Of a stretch of DNA of 60,274 nucleotides, positions 12,342-25,819 are shown piece by piece. The stretch lies in assembly GCF_001447785.1 (NCBI RefSeq), contig NW_015177013.1:777064-837337 (forward strand). Reading direction: 5' to 3'. How positions within the stretch are numbered: the stretch's first letter is position 1; each line of letters begins with the position of its first letter. The notes beneath the pieces are model-generated. The model was not told the origin of the DNA. It made no database searches and saw only the letters and a program-made list of their open reading frames with translations. Source of the DNA: Gekko japonicus. Taxonomy: Eukaryota. Both the position numbers and the translations under genes were made by a program.

Positions 12342-14220
12342 CCTCTTGATTCTTCCTGTCACCCCCGGGCCATCCACAGTAACTCCTGGATGGGGCACCA
12401 GACTTCGTCCCTTTCTCCCCGCTTGGCAACTTGTTACAACAGACTCTTGGGTCCTCACCATAATTCGCATGGGATATGCGATAGAATTTCTTCACTCGCC
12501 TCATATACCTCACTTCCGTCGTACCCCTCTGAACCGTTTTTTGAGGGCTGATGTTTCCAACCTACTTGCCAAAGGCGCTGTAGAACCCGTACCCCATTCA
12601 CAACATCGATTGGGGTTTTACTCCCGATATTTCCTGGTCCCCAAATGGACAGGAGGAAAGCGTCCCAGTATGGATCTCAGGGGCCTAAATCGCTACATCC
12701 GTCGCAGAAATTTCCGCATGATTACTCTGCAGTCCATTCTTCCACTCCTACAAGAAGGTGACTGGTTAGCGTCTTTGGATCTCCAAGACACCTACTTCCA
12801 CCTCACTATCCATCCATCGTTCCGTCAATACCTCCGCTTCACCGTCTGGTCCCACCACTATCAGTACCGGGTCATCCCCGTCGAGTTGTTGACCGCCCCG
12901 AGGATTTTTACCAAATATATGGCAGTGGTAGCGTCCGCTTTGAGACATTATGCTATTGTCGTCTTCCCATACATAGATGGCTTCTAGTGACTCCCTCCTG
13001 CGAAGATCTTCGGAGAAGTATCACCCAGACACTCCGGTACTCGCTGCCCTAGGTCTTTCAGTGAACCTCTCAAAATCTCACCTCAAACCAACCCAGTCTC
13101 TCGTTTATAGGAGCCGACATAGATAGCATCAAACAACACGCTTGCTTACCTCCGAACAGGGCTGCCATGCTTCAATCCCTGGTCAACAAGTGTCTTTCCT
13201 CCCCAAAGCAAACAGCGGTGACTCTTCAGCACCTTTTGGGACACATGGTGGCCACAATGTCTGTAGTTCCCTATGCGCGGCTGCGCATGTGTCCTCTCCA
13301 ATTATGGTTTCTCTGCCATTTTCGATCTCACATGGATCCTCCGACAGTAGCTTTCGTCATCCCTCCTGCTGTCCTGACATCTCTGCGTTGGTGGCTCAAT
13401 GACACCAATCTCTTCCTGGGAATGCCGTTTCGTCTTCCACCTCCCACCGAACTCCTGACCACGGATGTGTCAATGTGGGGTTGGGGAGCCCACTACAACA
13501 ACCTAAAGCCATGAGGCGTATGGTCCGATTCCGAGAAGACCTTACACATCAACTACCTTGAACTCACAGCAGTCTGTCTAGCACTGCAGTCCTTTCTACC
13601 CAACCTATGGGAACGCCACGTCCAGGTAGCGTCGGACAATATCGCCACAATCTATTAAATCAACAAGCAGGGGGGCACGGTCTCCATTAAACTTTGCAAA
13701 CGTGCGCGCTCTCTCTGGGCTTGGTGTATCCTCCACAGTATACACCTGACAGCAGTACATGTCCCTGGGACTTCCAAAATCCAGGCCGATGTCCTCAGAG
13801 TGGTCTCTGACCTTGACCTACCTCGCAAGCGTGTTCAACCTCTTCGGTCACCCCAAGGTGGACGCATTTGCGACCAGTTGCAATGCAAAGTGTCCAATTT
13901 TCTTCAGCCGGGGAGCTCCGACTCAGGGCTCCAAAGGGGATGCTTTCCTACACAAATGGACAGGGAAACTATTCTTCATGTTTCCCCTGTTTCCTCTGAT
14001 CTCCTGGACTCTTCAAAACATTGCCATGGACGGCACCAGCTGTATCCTAGTGATCCCATGGTGGCCTCGGCAACCCTGGTTTGCAACACTTCTTCGACTT
14101 TCTTGTGGCATCTTTTTACGCTTCCCACTAGTCCTGGATATCCTAACACAATGCGAAGGGAAGGTGCTTCACCACAACCCATCAATCTTCCGCTTGACAG
14201 CCTGGAAGATCACTCACTGA
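12342..14220 (+). pseudogene. DIRS A pol: reverse transcriptase, RNase H and Dam-like DNA N6-adenine methyltransferase, disrupted
   Basis: GFYSRYFLVPK, MDLRGLN, LDLQDTYFH, PYIDG* (decayed YLDD); TTDVSMWGWGAH, HINYLEL; EWSL, VDAFAT, GDAF, ILVIPWWPRQPWF, LTAW. Confidence 0.92.
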
Positions 14221-15208
14221 TATTCTCACCACGGCTGCAACATGTGATTCTTAATTCGGGGAAACCTTCCACACGGCGTTCTTAACACTCTAAGTGGACT
14301 CGTTTTTCCAGTTGCGCCCACAATCGCAATCTGGACCCTGCGTCTGCACCCCTTTCCATGGTGCTATCTTGTCTTCTCTCCCTCAGTGATTCCGGATTGT
14401 CATATTCATTGTTAAGAGTTCATCTCTTGGCTATTTCGGCCTTTCATAATCCTGTTGACGGCATTACCATTTTTCCTCATCGTTGGTCTAAATTGTTTTT
14501 AAGAGACATGTTGCGGCTTCACCCACCAGTTAAGCCTTTCATTCCTGCCTGGAACCTTTCACTGGTCTTATCAATGCTGATGGGAAAAAACCGTTCAAGC
14601 CACTACACCTCCTCTCCTGGAAAACGGCCTTCCTAGTGGCCTTCACTTTGGGGTGATGGGCCAGTGACATTTGTGCATTCCGTTCCGATCCACCCTATAC
14701 CATCTTTCATAAATAAAAAGTGGTCCTCAGACCGGACCCAACTTTCCTACCCAAGATCGTTTCCACTTTCCACCTTTCCCAACCATCATCATTACCGACC
14801 TTCTTCGCAAATCCAACTGATGCTGGTCACACTCTGGTTGTCCGCCGAGCCTTAGACAGGGCACGCTCGTTTCGTCAGGATGTCCAGCTGTTCATAGCCT
14901 ACAGAGCCCCACGTCAGGGCTGTAAAATTTCTTCCCAACATTTGGCTAAGTGGGTTGTTGCGGCTATCAAACTTTGTTACGAACTTGCCCGTCAACCCTT
15001 ACCTGATATGGTCCGAGCGCATTCTACTAGATCAGTGGCCGCCTCGGCCGCCTTTCTGCAAGGTGTTCCTTTGGAAGATATTTGTTCTGCGACAACGTGG
15101 TCGACTCCATCCACCTTCATGACGCATTATGCCCTTGATGTTTGTGCTCGAAGGGACGCGTTTTTTGCCTGCTCGGTTCTGAACCATCTGTCATGGGACT
15201 CCGAGTAA
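14221..15208 (+). pseudogene. DIRS A tyrosine recombinase, disrupted
   Basis: LSYSLLRVHLLAISAFH, LRPDPTFLPK, RAHSTRSVAAS (HxxR), WSTPSTFMTHY (catalytic Tyr). Confidence 0.92.
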
Positions 15209-15330
15209 CTCTCTGCTCGTACGCTGGTACATGTTTTTGCCTTAGCGGTCCCATACTTGAGTGTTGACCATTGCTGTCGTCTTTCTGCCAGCGCCCACCT
15301 CCGGTAGTGTTTTAGCTGGTTAATCACCCA

Positions 15331-15420
15331 AGTGTGGGACTGCACAGGGACCACGATGAAGATAAACAGGTTGCTTACCTGTAACTGATTATCTTCAAGT
15401 GGTCACCTGTGCAGTCACAC
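15331..15420. repeat. DIRS A internal complementary region (ICR)
   Basis: agtgtgggactgcacagggaccacgatgaagat = reverse complement of the left terminus; aaacaggttgcttacctgtaactgat... = reverse complement of the right terminus. Confidence 0.95.
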
Positions 15421-15708
15421 ACACCCGCCCAACCTTCCCCGCTGCTGGCTTTCCTTCTCTCTCTATTTGCATGGTCTTGCTAGCGGTGGCTGGAAGAAAC
15501 TGAGCGGGGGTGGGGTTTCTACTCAGCTCCAGGCACACGCAGTAGCAGCCTGCTCCCCAGAGCGGAGGAGAAAAGCCCGCCAAAAATTGTCTGAGGCTAG
15601 CTCTTCCAGATCTCCGAGATCGGGTTCGTGGGCAGGCCAAAACCCAAGTGTGTGACTGTACAGGTGACCACTCGAAGATCATCAGTTACAGGTAAGCAAC
15701 CTGTTTTT

Positions 15709-16037
15709 CTTTTTTGAGGTGTGGTTACCAGAATTGTACACAGTACTCCAAATGAGGTCGCACCATCGATTTATACAGGGGCATTATGATCCTGGCTGAT
15801 TTGTTTTCAGTTCCCTTCCTAATAGTCCCCAGCATAGTGTTGGCCTTTTTTTATTGCAGTCAACATTTTCATTGAGTTACCTACTATGACTCCAAGAGAG
15901 TCTCTGCCTGGCTCCAATGTGAATCACTTTGCACTTGGCCACATTGCACCCCATTTGCCACGTTGATGCCCACTCGCCCATCCTTGACAGATCCCTTTGG
16001 AGTGCCTCACAATCCTCCCTGGTTGTCACCACCCTGA
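15709..16037 (-). mobile_element. CR1 LINE fragment (continuation of 9717-10112)
   Basis: Reverse strand encodes PLYKSMVRPHLEYCVQFW-type RT C-terminus. Confidence 0.85.
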
Positions 16038-16399
16038 GCATGCATTTGAGAAAGCATGTTTAATTCCCCACTGTTGTTTGCCTGGGACTGTTTCAGTCTG
16101 GTGCTTTTATTCTAAAGGGGGGAAAGTGCATATAAATATTTCAACTAAAAAAAATCAATTTAATGCTGTGGCAAATCTTTGAAGCCATTTAACTGTAGAT
16201 TAAAGCAGTGCTACTTCACTGTCAAAACTTTTGTCTTGTAACACCTTGACAGAAACAAAAAATCATAGTGCCCTTGAGAAGAACAAATGCCTGTGATACC
16301 ATTGTGCTAGCAGAGGTAGGCAATGGCAAAACACTTCTGAACACCTATTGCCTTGAAAACCCTCTGGTGTTATTGTAAGTCAACAGGGGGCGAAAGGCT

Positions 16400-16540
16400 C
16401 CTTAGGGACCAACAAGATTTTTGGGGTATAAACAAAGGAAGTCCAAGCTTCCTTTGTCAGATCTGATGGAGCTTGGACTCCCAAAAGCTTATACCCCCAA
16501 AATCTTGTTTGTCTCATAAGGTCCTACTTAACTTGAATTG
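16400..16540. mobile_element. Penelope-derived hairpin element
   Basis: Inverted arms caacaagatttttggggtataa / ttatacccccaaaatcttgttt around a central tcagatctga. Confidence 0.6.
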
Positions 16541-16730
16541 AGCTGTTATCCATAATATTGGTTGATAAGTGTTCAAAATTTCCAGAATAATAGCTGGTAG
16601 TTTGTAGGCAAAGAAGTTTTTCTTCATGGCAAGTAAACATCAGTAGTGTTTTAGTTAGTTCAGACATAACTATTTGAAGTTAGGGAACTGAACACACTGT
16701 AGAATTCAAGTAGCTGAAAGGGATAAATTA

Positions 16731-17920
16731 GAAGATCTTCGTCGTGGTCTCTGTGCAGTCCCACACATGGGCTGTGTGCCTGTGCACAACCTCGACCGGA
16801 GAAACTTCTAGAGCTTTGCCTCAGAAAGCTTTTGGCGGGCTCTCTTCCCGCCCTGGGAAGCAGGCACGTACTGCGCATACCTGGAGCGGAGGAGAGAGCT
16901 GCCTCCCACTCAGTTCTTCTTCGACCACCTATGTATTCACACCTCATTTCTGTCGCTCAGTACTTGCCTCAGCTAAGTATACATTTCTCTTTCTCTTTTT
17001 CATTCCCCATGCTGTGCTGACTTCAGAGATGCTGAAGGGTAGATTTCTTGCTGCTTTCAGTGTCTACAGTTTATGTAAAGGGAAGAGCACTTGCCCTTGC
17101 TCTAAGCTGTGGGAAGGGCTAGCTCCCATTGATGCCATGCTGAGGTATGGAGTACTTTGGAAAAGAGCAAGACTTCTTGCTGTTTACTCAGTGTTCTGAG
17201 GCTCACTGCAACAGAACTTGGGCAAAAGAGCATGGGTTTCCTACTTGGAATTGCGCTGGGCCTCAATCATCTACTGAGGCATCACATGCCATTTGAATTG
17301 CCAAAGCAAGCTTTCTGGATGGGGAGGAGGCTGTGTAATTTGTGTCAGTTACAATACTTAAGCTCAAACATGTTTCTGTCTGTGATTCCTATGAAAAAGC
17401 TTCAATTTAACTGTGTTGATAAATTATTATGAGTGTTTTAAGAGTGTGTAGACTTTAATAAGATGGTCAGTACACTCCTAAGAACAGTTTCCTGGGGTTA
17501 AGCAGGACTGAATGGACTTGAATAGGATTCTGAGTAGACCTGTTTAAGATGACTCTGCAGTGATTCAGATCTGCAGCGATTTTGGACAAGTCTCCATTGC
17601 TGAGGTTTGCAAAGAGGTGAATTGGTCCATGCTATCTACATTCATGAGGCACTACTTGATAGACAATTTCTGTGAGTGAGGCAGCTATGGGAAAAGCAGC
17701 TACAAGTGTTATTCCTCTAGGCAGCCCATGGATCTCTAGCTTCCATGGCAATGAGGGAAGGAGTGCCTCCCTCCAGTCACTTGTCGGTTTAGGCAGGAAG
17801 AGCCAGGCTGAACCAGGAAAAGCCCTTCTGGTGCTATGGAAGGTGCTAGAAGGAAAGGTTTTAAGTTCAGTCCTCTGCAGCAGGCATGTGCAGTCTCATG
17901 TGTGCCTGTAGTGACATCAG
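16731..17920 (+). mobile_element. Internally deleted DIRS remnant 'D'
   Basis: Left ITR 16731-16925 resembles that of DIRS A (atcttcgtcgtggtctctgtgcagtcccacac); decayed gag zinc finger ~17090-17230; YR C-terminus SIAEVCKEVNWSMLSTFMRHY at ~17590-17660. Confidence 0.7.
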
Positions 17921-18292
17921 TTTAGAGTCCTAGAGTTATAAAAGGCCTTACAGGCCATTTAGTTCAACTCCCTGGTCATTGGAGGAAATATTAAAGCTAG
18001 AGAATCCCAGATGGCTGTTCAGCTTTGACATGGGAGAACTCCCTCTAGGCTCCATTGCTGAGTTGATTTTACTCTTAGGAATTTTATTTTAATGTTCCAC
18101 CAAAATATTTCTTTTAATGTTCCCTGCTGTAACTTAAGCCCATTAGATCTAGTGATATGAGTATATGTGTGTATTTAAATAGAAAATATTAATAAAATGA
18201 ATTTTGGTCCAAAACGTCTGCTTAATTATTCATGTTTCAACCAGTTCATACAGCAGAGGAGTACAGAACGTCCACGGTCTGTTGTTTTTTGA

Positions 18293-18496
<204 letters not shown>

Positions 18497-19841
18497 TAAG
18501 TGAAAAAGTATTCTGATTATCCTGAAATATATTCCATATGAGAAGCACAATAGAAAATAGAATTTCTAGTAAAGTGTTCTGATTACCTTGAATGAAAACA
18601 GGTACTTGAGTTGCATAAGAAGTTGTGCTGTACACTGTTGAAACAGTGCAACTGTTTTTGGCTGGTATACAAATGTTTTAAATATGCACCCTTTCTCAGA
18701 TTCAAGTCTTATGGCTTTTGTATGGAATTGCGATCTTTTATAGAAGCTGAGTGATTGTGGAAATACGCTTGAAGAATATGCAGATATTGTTTGCCAGATG
18801 TTCACAAGTGTTCTGTACTCTGCATGAGTGACCTCTTTCCACTGTTTTCTGTTGTAAGCTGCTCTGGAAGCCTTACTTATATTTAGTCCACAGACTTCTT
18901 CTGGCACTGCATCACTGTTAGCCAGTCTCTTCTACCCCCACTCCATTCAAATATCTGACCCCCATATGCATCTCACATTCATCTCTTGTTACATTTGCCT
19001 CCCCTATCTTGCTTCTTACCTTTTGCTCCTCCTTTTCTTCCTTTTTCATTGTCTGATGATATTTAGAATGTAAGCTCCTCAGGGTTCATCATAGCATAGA
19101 AACGATTATGTGACAGGGTTGATCATACCATAGAAACAAGTATGTGACTGCTACTCAGTGTTGTAAATACATAGTGTATGGACTCTTATGTTCGTAATAA
19201 TTAACATAATTCTGCTGACCTGGAGATTGTAGTCATCTTCTGTTCAGTAACCTGAAAAGTAAAAAAGAAAACTTTTTTCAAACAGCTGACAGTTGTATGT
19301 TCACAATGTGGTATAGGGGTTAGAGTGTTGGACTAGGTTCTGGGAGACCCTGGTTTGAATCTGCACTTTACCATGAAAGCTTGCTAAGTGACCTAGTCAC
19401 AACTATTAGCCTAATCTACCTCACAGGGCTATTTTTGAGGAGAAAATGAAGAAGTATGTAAGCCCCTATGGAGGAAAAGATCCCCTAACAAAGCTTGTAG
19501 CAAAATGCACAGGGATCTAGAAGATCTAATAAAACTGTTCTACCTTGATACTTACCTAGAAAGGTGAAGGTTTGATATGCATGTGGCCCAAGTTCAACTG
19601 ATTGCATCTGAAATGGGGACATTCAAATCAATCCTGTTTACTTCTTATTTAGAGGCCAGCATTCCAGCACAAGGCAAGCCAAGCAATATGTGGGATAGAG
19701 TGTTGAGCTGTGAGGGTTCCATTGCCTTGCCAGCCTTCATTGGGCAGATGGGGGATCTTCTGTTAGAAGCCAGAAACATGCATCTATGTTTGCAGAATTC
19801 AAGCTTTGCTTATTTACTGTCGATATATAAACATAGAATTT

Positions 19842-20100
19842 AAGATTGGATTTATACCCCGCCCTTCACTACCCGAAGGAGTCTCAGAGCAGCTTACAAT
19901 CCCTTTCCTTTCCCCTTCCCTTACCTGTGAGGTAGGTGGGGCTGAGAGAGCTGAGAACTGCTCTTGAGAGAACAGTTCTGAAAGTACTTACGACCGACAA
20001 AAGGTCACGCCAGCAGCTGCATGTGGAGGAGTGGGGAGTCAAACCTGGTTCTCCCAGATTAGAGTCTGCGCTCTTAACCACTACACCAAACTGGCTCTCT
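19842..20100 (-). mobile_element. tRNA-derived SINE (Squam3-like), full length
   Basis: Reverse complement: gagagccagtttggtgtagtggttaagagc (A box)...ggtttgactccc (B box)...cagccccacctacctcacagg...gtataaatccaatc. Confidence 0.88.
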
Positions 20101-20982
20101 AACTATACATAGTATTAAATATATGACTTTATCAAGTATTTGTGGGGACAGTTAATGCAGAATGGAATACTGCATTTGCTTTAATACAAGGACAAGTGTG
20201 AGAACTCATGGCTGGGGGGAATCCTTTCCTTCCTCCATCCACTTGCCATGCCAACTGTTCACCTGCAGTGCCACCATCTGCCTGGCTCATGCCGCATGTG
20301 TGTGTGAGGGGGAGTCTCTACTCCCCTCATTTGCAGCACGTCCACTGGCCTGGCTCATGCAGCAGCGGTAGCAGCTTGGGTTTATGCTTCCCTCCAGCAG
20401 CACAGTTCCTGCTGCTGTCCTGCTTGCTCACTCTCCCCCTTCTCTGTCTGGTTGCCCACCTGCTACTCTGACTCCCCTCTCCACCCTATACTTATAGTAA
20501 CATTCATGGGGTGGGGGGTAAAAAGCCTCCCTCCATTCTTTTAATGTTCTTCCACAAACCAGGGTGGAGGGGTCACGACGATGCAGAAAAATATTTTTTT
20601 CTCTATACGTGGCCCCAGTTTCCAGAATTCCAGAGTCTGCAGCTTGGGGACATGTTGAGAATTAGATATAATGATTTAAATAGGTGGAATATTATGATAA
20701 TTGTGAAGAAAAACAAAAACCAAAGGAAGATCAGTTAATGCTGTTAAGTTTGAATCCTGTTCAGCAAAGTTTTAAGATATGTTAAACACATGCTTAATCC
20801 TTTACACACATCTAGGCCTAACATCGTATCTGGATACATTGTTTGTCTTCAGTGATGATCCTCAGGCTGTCTTTAAATGTGTTTTTCTTTTGTTGGTTTA
20901 CACAGTTCAATGAGAAGCAGGAACAGTTAGTTTGGTACTTGTGACATTGCTCAAGTTTTTTTCTGTTTCATGTAACTTTTAA

Positions 20983-21186
<204 letters not shown>

Positions 21187-23835
21187 TAAATATATTTTAC
21201 AAAACTTTTTGTCGTTCTTATTTCATGTTGCTTAGAATGCTTCAGTTGATTAAAGATTGAGGACAAATATGAGATGCAAGGGTTTCCTTTTAGTCTTCTC
21301 TGTGAGTCTCTTGAGCCCTTCCGCCTTTGTCTTTTCTATCTTTGCCCTCTTCAATTGATTTTTAGAATATCACTGACATCCCAGTTCACTCACTAGTGTA
21401 ATTCTTCAGTCCTCTAGGGTTCCTAGTACTGTCTGCACAAATGCTGGGAGATTTTGGGGGGGGATGATATCTGGGGGTCTGTGATTCAATTCCAGGTGAT
21501 GCTCTAGGAATTTCCTCTGATCTCAGTGGCAAAGAGAGCCTAGGGAAAATTCCTAGAGCATCACTGGAGGCCATTTGTTCTTTACTCCTCAATTTCTTGA
21601 GGGTGGGAAATCAGGCCTGCAAGTCAGCAGTTTCCTGTTGGACCTAGGCAGTTGGGAAGCCTACACCATCACTGCTTCAGATCAACCTCCCAAATTACTG
21701 CATTTAAGATTCCTCACTTCTTTGTGCCACCATCTTCTCTTACTGCCACAAACAAGTTTATCTTCTGTTTTAATAGTAACTAGCTCTCCGATCTCCATTG
21801 TTTAGGAGCATTTCCTATATGTTCTCATGAAATAATAACCAGAGCATGATCTGCACATACTCTGGGATGGGTCTTAATATCTTAGATTTTTGCCATGATT
21901 GTTGGCAAAACCAAATTTGAATACAAATTAATAGGTATAGAGTATAAAATACTAGGCATTTGGGTTTAGCTATCTCCAAGCATCCAGTAGTTGAAAATAA
22001 ATTGCATCATGCGCACTGCCTCAACTATGAGGGGGAAGAGGGTTCCACTTTCTACTGTACTAAGAATAGGTACCTAAATTGAATTTATGTACTTATTCTT
22101 AGTGCAGTAGAAAGTAGAACCTGCTATATCAAGTGTTTTCCTTTTCCTGATTGATACATTGTGAAGGATGTAATTTATTCTAAGCAGAAGAGCTGAGAAT
22201 GCCTTAAGCATTATTGCTGTGCAAAGATAGGCTTGACAGCATGTAAAGCAGTGCCTTGCAAAAACAGGGAATAAAAGCCAAAGATCTTGAAGATTAAGAT
22301 TTCCAGTGAATGGAGGATGTGGTAAGGTGGAATCCTACACAGATCTCTGTCTTTCTACCCCTAACAAGTAGAAGTTTTGCAAGATAAGCAAATATATAGT
22401 AGTGTGCCTAACTTCAGTAGACAGTTTGCCTTAGAATTATCTTCTTTTTTTGGTACAGACTGTGCACAGCCTTGTTCGTAGTTCCTCCTAAAGCCATTCA
22501 AGAGAAGTATCTTAAGATACCATACTCGTATGGTGCAGATAGTATACACGCTCTGTATCACGTGACCTTAGAATGTAATTACTTTTCTGAGCCTAGCAAC
22601 CTTTCCTGCACCACTATAGTTTCAGCTCTTCCACAGCTTTTGTGAACTAGCTCTTGATACTTACAGTTTCCTCTCTACTACTTTTATGTATCTTTCCCCT
22701 TCCTCTTCTTTTCTCTGGTCTGTCTAATGTAGATTGTATTTTTGCTAGGAGGGAGTGTCACACTTACTATTCTGTACAGAGCCTAAGGCCAGGAAATGCA
22801 AAAAGATGGGAAACTGTAGACTCTCACAGACTTTGTCCACAGTTAGGATTGAGTAAAATCTGCCTTTATCTTTGAGTCAGAAGGCAGTCACACTAAATGG
22901 GCTAGATAGAACAGATTACTCTTGCCAGAGTATCTGAAGATAAGAGGATGATGTGCAAAGATTGCCAGATCCATAATTTGCAAAGTATAATTGATCTCCA
23001 CTTGTGTACACAGATGGTCATGCCTTATACTGCTTCTTGGCAAATGCCAGGGAGAGTCACTGCTGATTTGTGAACAGGTCCATAGCCAGAATTTTGTGGC
23101 TTGTGGGGTAAATTTTTTTCTGGTGGGGCTGCCATTATTTTTATGTCAGTTCAATTCACCCTCAAGCTTGACTGCTGGTGGCCACCCCTCTCCCCCCCCC
23201 CTCCTGCAAGATCTAAAGGAGCATGTGGCCTGCTGATCAGCTGGAGGGCCTTTTAAATCTTGCAGGAAGGGGGAGAGAGGGGCACACGCCATCCCCCAAG
23301 TCTTCTCAGAAGCATTTAAAGGATCACTTCAAATGCTTTTGAGAAGAAATGGAGGGGCGTGCACACAGCCCCTCAATACTTCTCAAAAAATCTTTTTCTC
23401 AAAAAAAATATTCTTTTCAAAAACATCTTGTGGGGCTGGCCCTTTAAGGAAGTGGGCAGAGCCCCCAATAACCTTACTCTGGCTACAGGCTAGTTTGTGG
23501 ATGAGTTTTGTTGTTTGGTAGGCAAGGGAGTGATCACTCTGCAAGTTCCCATGTTCAAGGCTACTGGTTACAAAGTGGGATAGGAAGTTTTAAACAAGCT
23601 TTCATCATTCCCTCCTTCCCAAGTACAGCTTTCTCAGTTGTACCTTTTGAAAAAGCAACAGATCCCGGAGTCTAGATCCATCTGCAAGAGCATGGAGACC
23701 CATTAGGGGTCATGGGCGGTATATAAATGCAATGAAAAATAAAATAAATAAAAATAAAATGTCAGGGTGCTATGAGTTATTCTCAAAAGCTGTTCAATAT
23801 TGCACTTGTTTACTTTGGGGAAAAAAACACCATAG

Positions 23836-23976
<141 letters not shown>

Positions 23977-24053
23977 TAGATTGCTTTAATTGAGCATAGG
24001 TATGCTTTACCCATGACTATTTATCTTTAAATTCTTCTTTGTTTTTCTCTTAG

Positions 24054-24191
<138 letters not shown>

Positions 24192-25819
24192 TAATTTTTC
24201 AAGGCATTGTCTCAGTAACTTAATTGTCTTGTCTAATTTCTGTTTAACTAAATTAGCTGTTTAATGTCTGTTTTAAAACAAATCAGAAAGGAGGCATAAC
24301 ACCTGCCATCTGGCTTTATTGTACAAGCTCCCACAAAATATTCATTGAAAGATTTTTATGAAACTTAAACGTATAGAATAGTATCTTCAGAGTCACTCTC
24401 CTGTGTACGTGTCAGGATCTGTGTTAGAATTTTAATGCTTTTATTTAAAAGTACTACTTAGGTACAGAAAATGTTATGGGTTAGTTCTGCATTTCTCCAG
24501 CAGATCAGGTATAGGTATGCATCCTTTTGCTAGAAAAAAGGCAGTAGTTTAGAATGAAGCAGTTTCCATGCCTGATAACCACCTCATCTAAGATACTACT
24601 GGTTTGTGATTAACTGTCCCTCTCTTTATATCTAGGTGTGTGTGTTAAACATTCTGAAATGTCTCTGGTAGGCTACTTTTTAAAAATCCCAACTCTTATA
24701 CTGGATACCTGCTCACAGCTTGAAGGCTGCGGTTGACTTGTTTTTGTTCTGCCAAGGTCACCAAGTACATAACATGTGCCTGAACATGAAGAATTGTAGG
24801 ATGCAGCTAATGCATTTGTTCTTCCATAATGGTGTTTAGTCTATAGCTGGCATGTAACTAAAAGGTGTAGGAAGGTCTTATAGATTACCAAAGTTACTAG
24901 AATGAAAATGTTACTTCTGTTAAAATTATGTGCCAACATTGTACATATTACCTGCAGGTCAAGTGGTCCATACATTCACACCTTAGAGTCAAGTGAGCTA
25001 AGATTTCTCTTCCTGAGTCTGGAGCTTGAAGATGAAGTTCAAGGGTGAGGTAGGGTAGGGTGGCAGACTTCATTTGTCAGTCTTATTTTAATTGCCAGCA
25101 TCATGCGTTAAAGCACTGTTTTCTTTAAGAGAAATGGTATTTAATTAGTGTAGCATAGTTTTTCTGTTTTTGCCCATTAATTAGGCTATTTTTGAGTGCT
25201 AGGCTTGTTTTATTTTGGTGAATTCAAAAGTCTTCCTTGGAAGTGGCCTCTCTCTATCTTCAGTTTATAGGATGAGATAACACTGGAGAACCAATGTAGT
25301 TACTCTGGCTGAATGGAAAGAACCAGGTTCAAATCCATTCTCAGTGGGTAGCCTTGGACTAGTCTCTCTGACTTAGTTTAACTGAATCTTGAACCCTGTG
25401 AGAAAAGGTGGGATAGAAATGTGTTCTTTTTATGTTTCATTGATGTCATTTCCTCTGTCAAAATTCTTCAGCATTATATTTATAGCTGTTTTAGTTTCAA
25501 GGCCTTTAATGTTGTTGACTTAGGCTTGTTCCAGGGCCACTGTGTTTCCTTGAGTTCCAACATTTCGATTCATTGAGGTTTTATTTGCAACTTTATTTGC
25601 CCCCCATCACACACTGTAATTCTTGCCATGTTTTTTATTTTGATATGGTTCCTCTGCCCCTCAAAACACATTAGTGATTCTTGATGCTACTTTCCTCCTT
25701 AGTATCTCCATCCTTAACTGGAAGATGTTATCCCAAAGAGCTTACCCAAAAGTGCAGTTTTTTTGGTTACATGTTCTGCAGTGGGAGCAGTTCAAGTTAC
25801 ATGATGGACTTAAGCTATA

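Larger units (their letters stand above)
10116..15706 (+). mobile_element. DIRS retrotransposon 'A', near full length (5.6 kb), comparatively young
   Basis: ITRs 10142-10301 / 15493-15651 (about 7 mismatches in ~158 bp by eye), right extension to 15706, ICR 15331-15420; gag-RT-RH-MT-YR in canonical order; CpG-rich. Confidence 0.96.

Noticed and set aside
13759-15208. Phage or bacterial methyltransferase-integrase module (contamination or HGT)
   Set aside because: Standard MT and YR domains of a DIRS, bounded by ITRs and an ICR.
19842-20100. tRNA genes at A/B-box sequences (also 34679, 37693, 44922, 45533)
   Set aside because: These are SINE heads continuous with SINE bodies; no complete cloverleaf.
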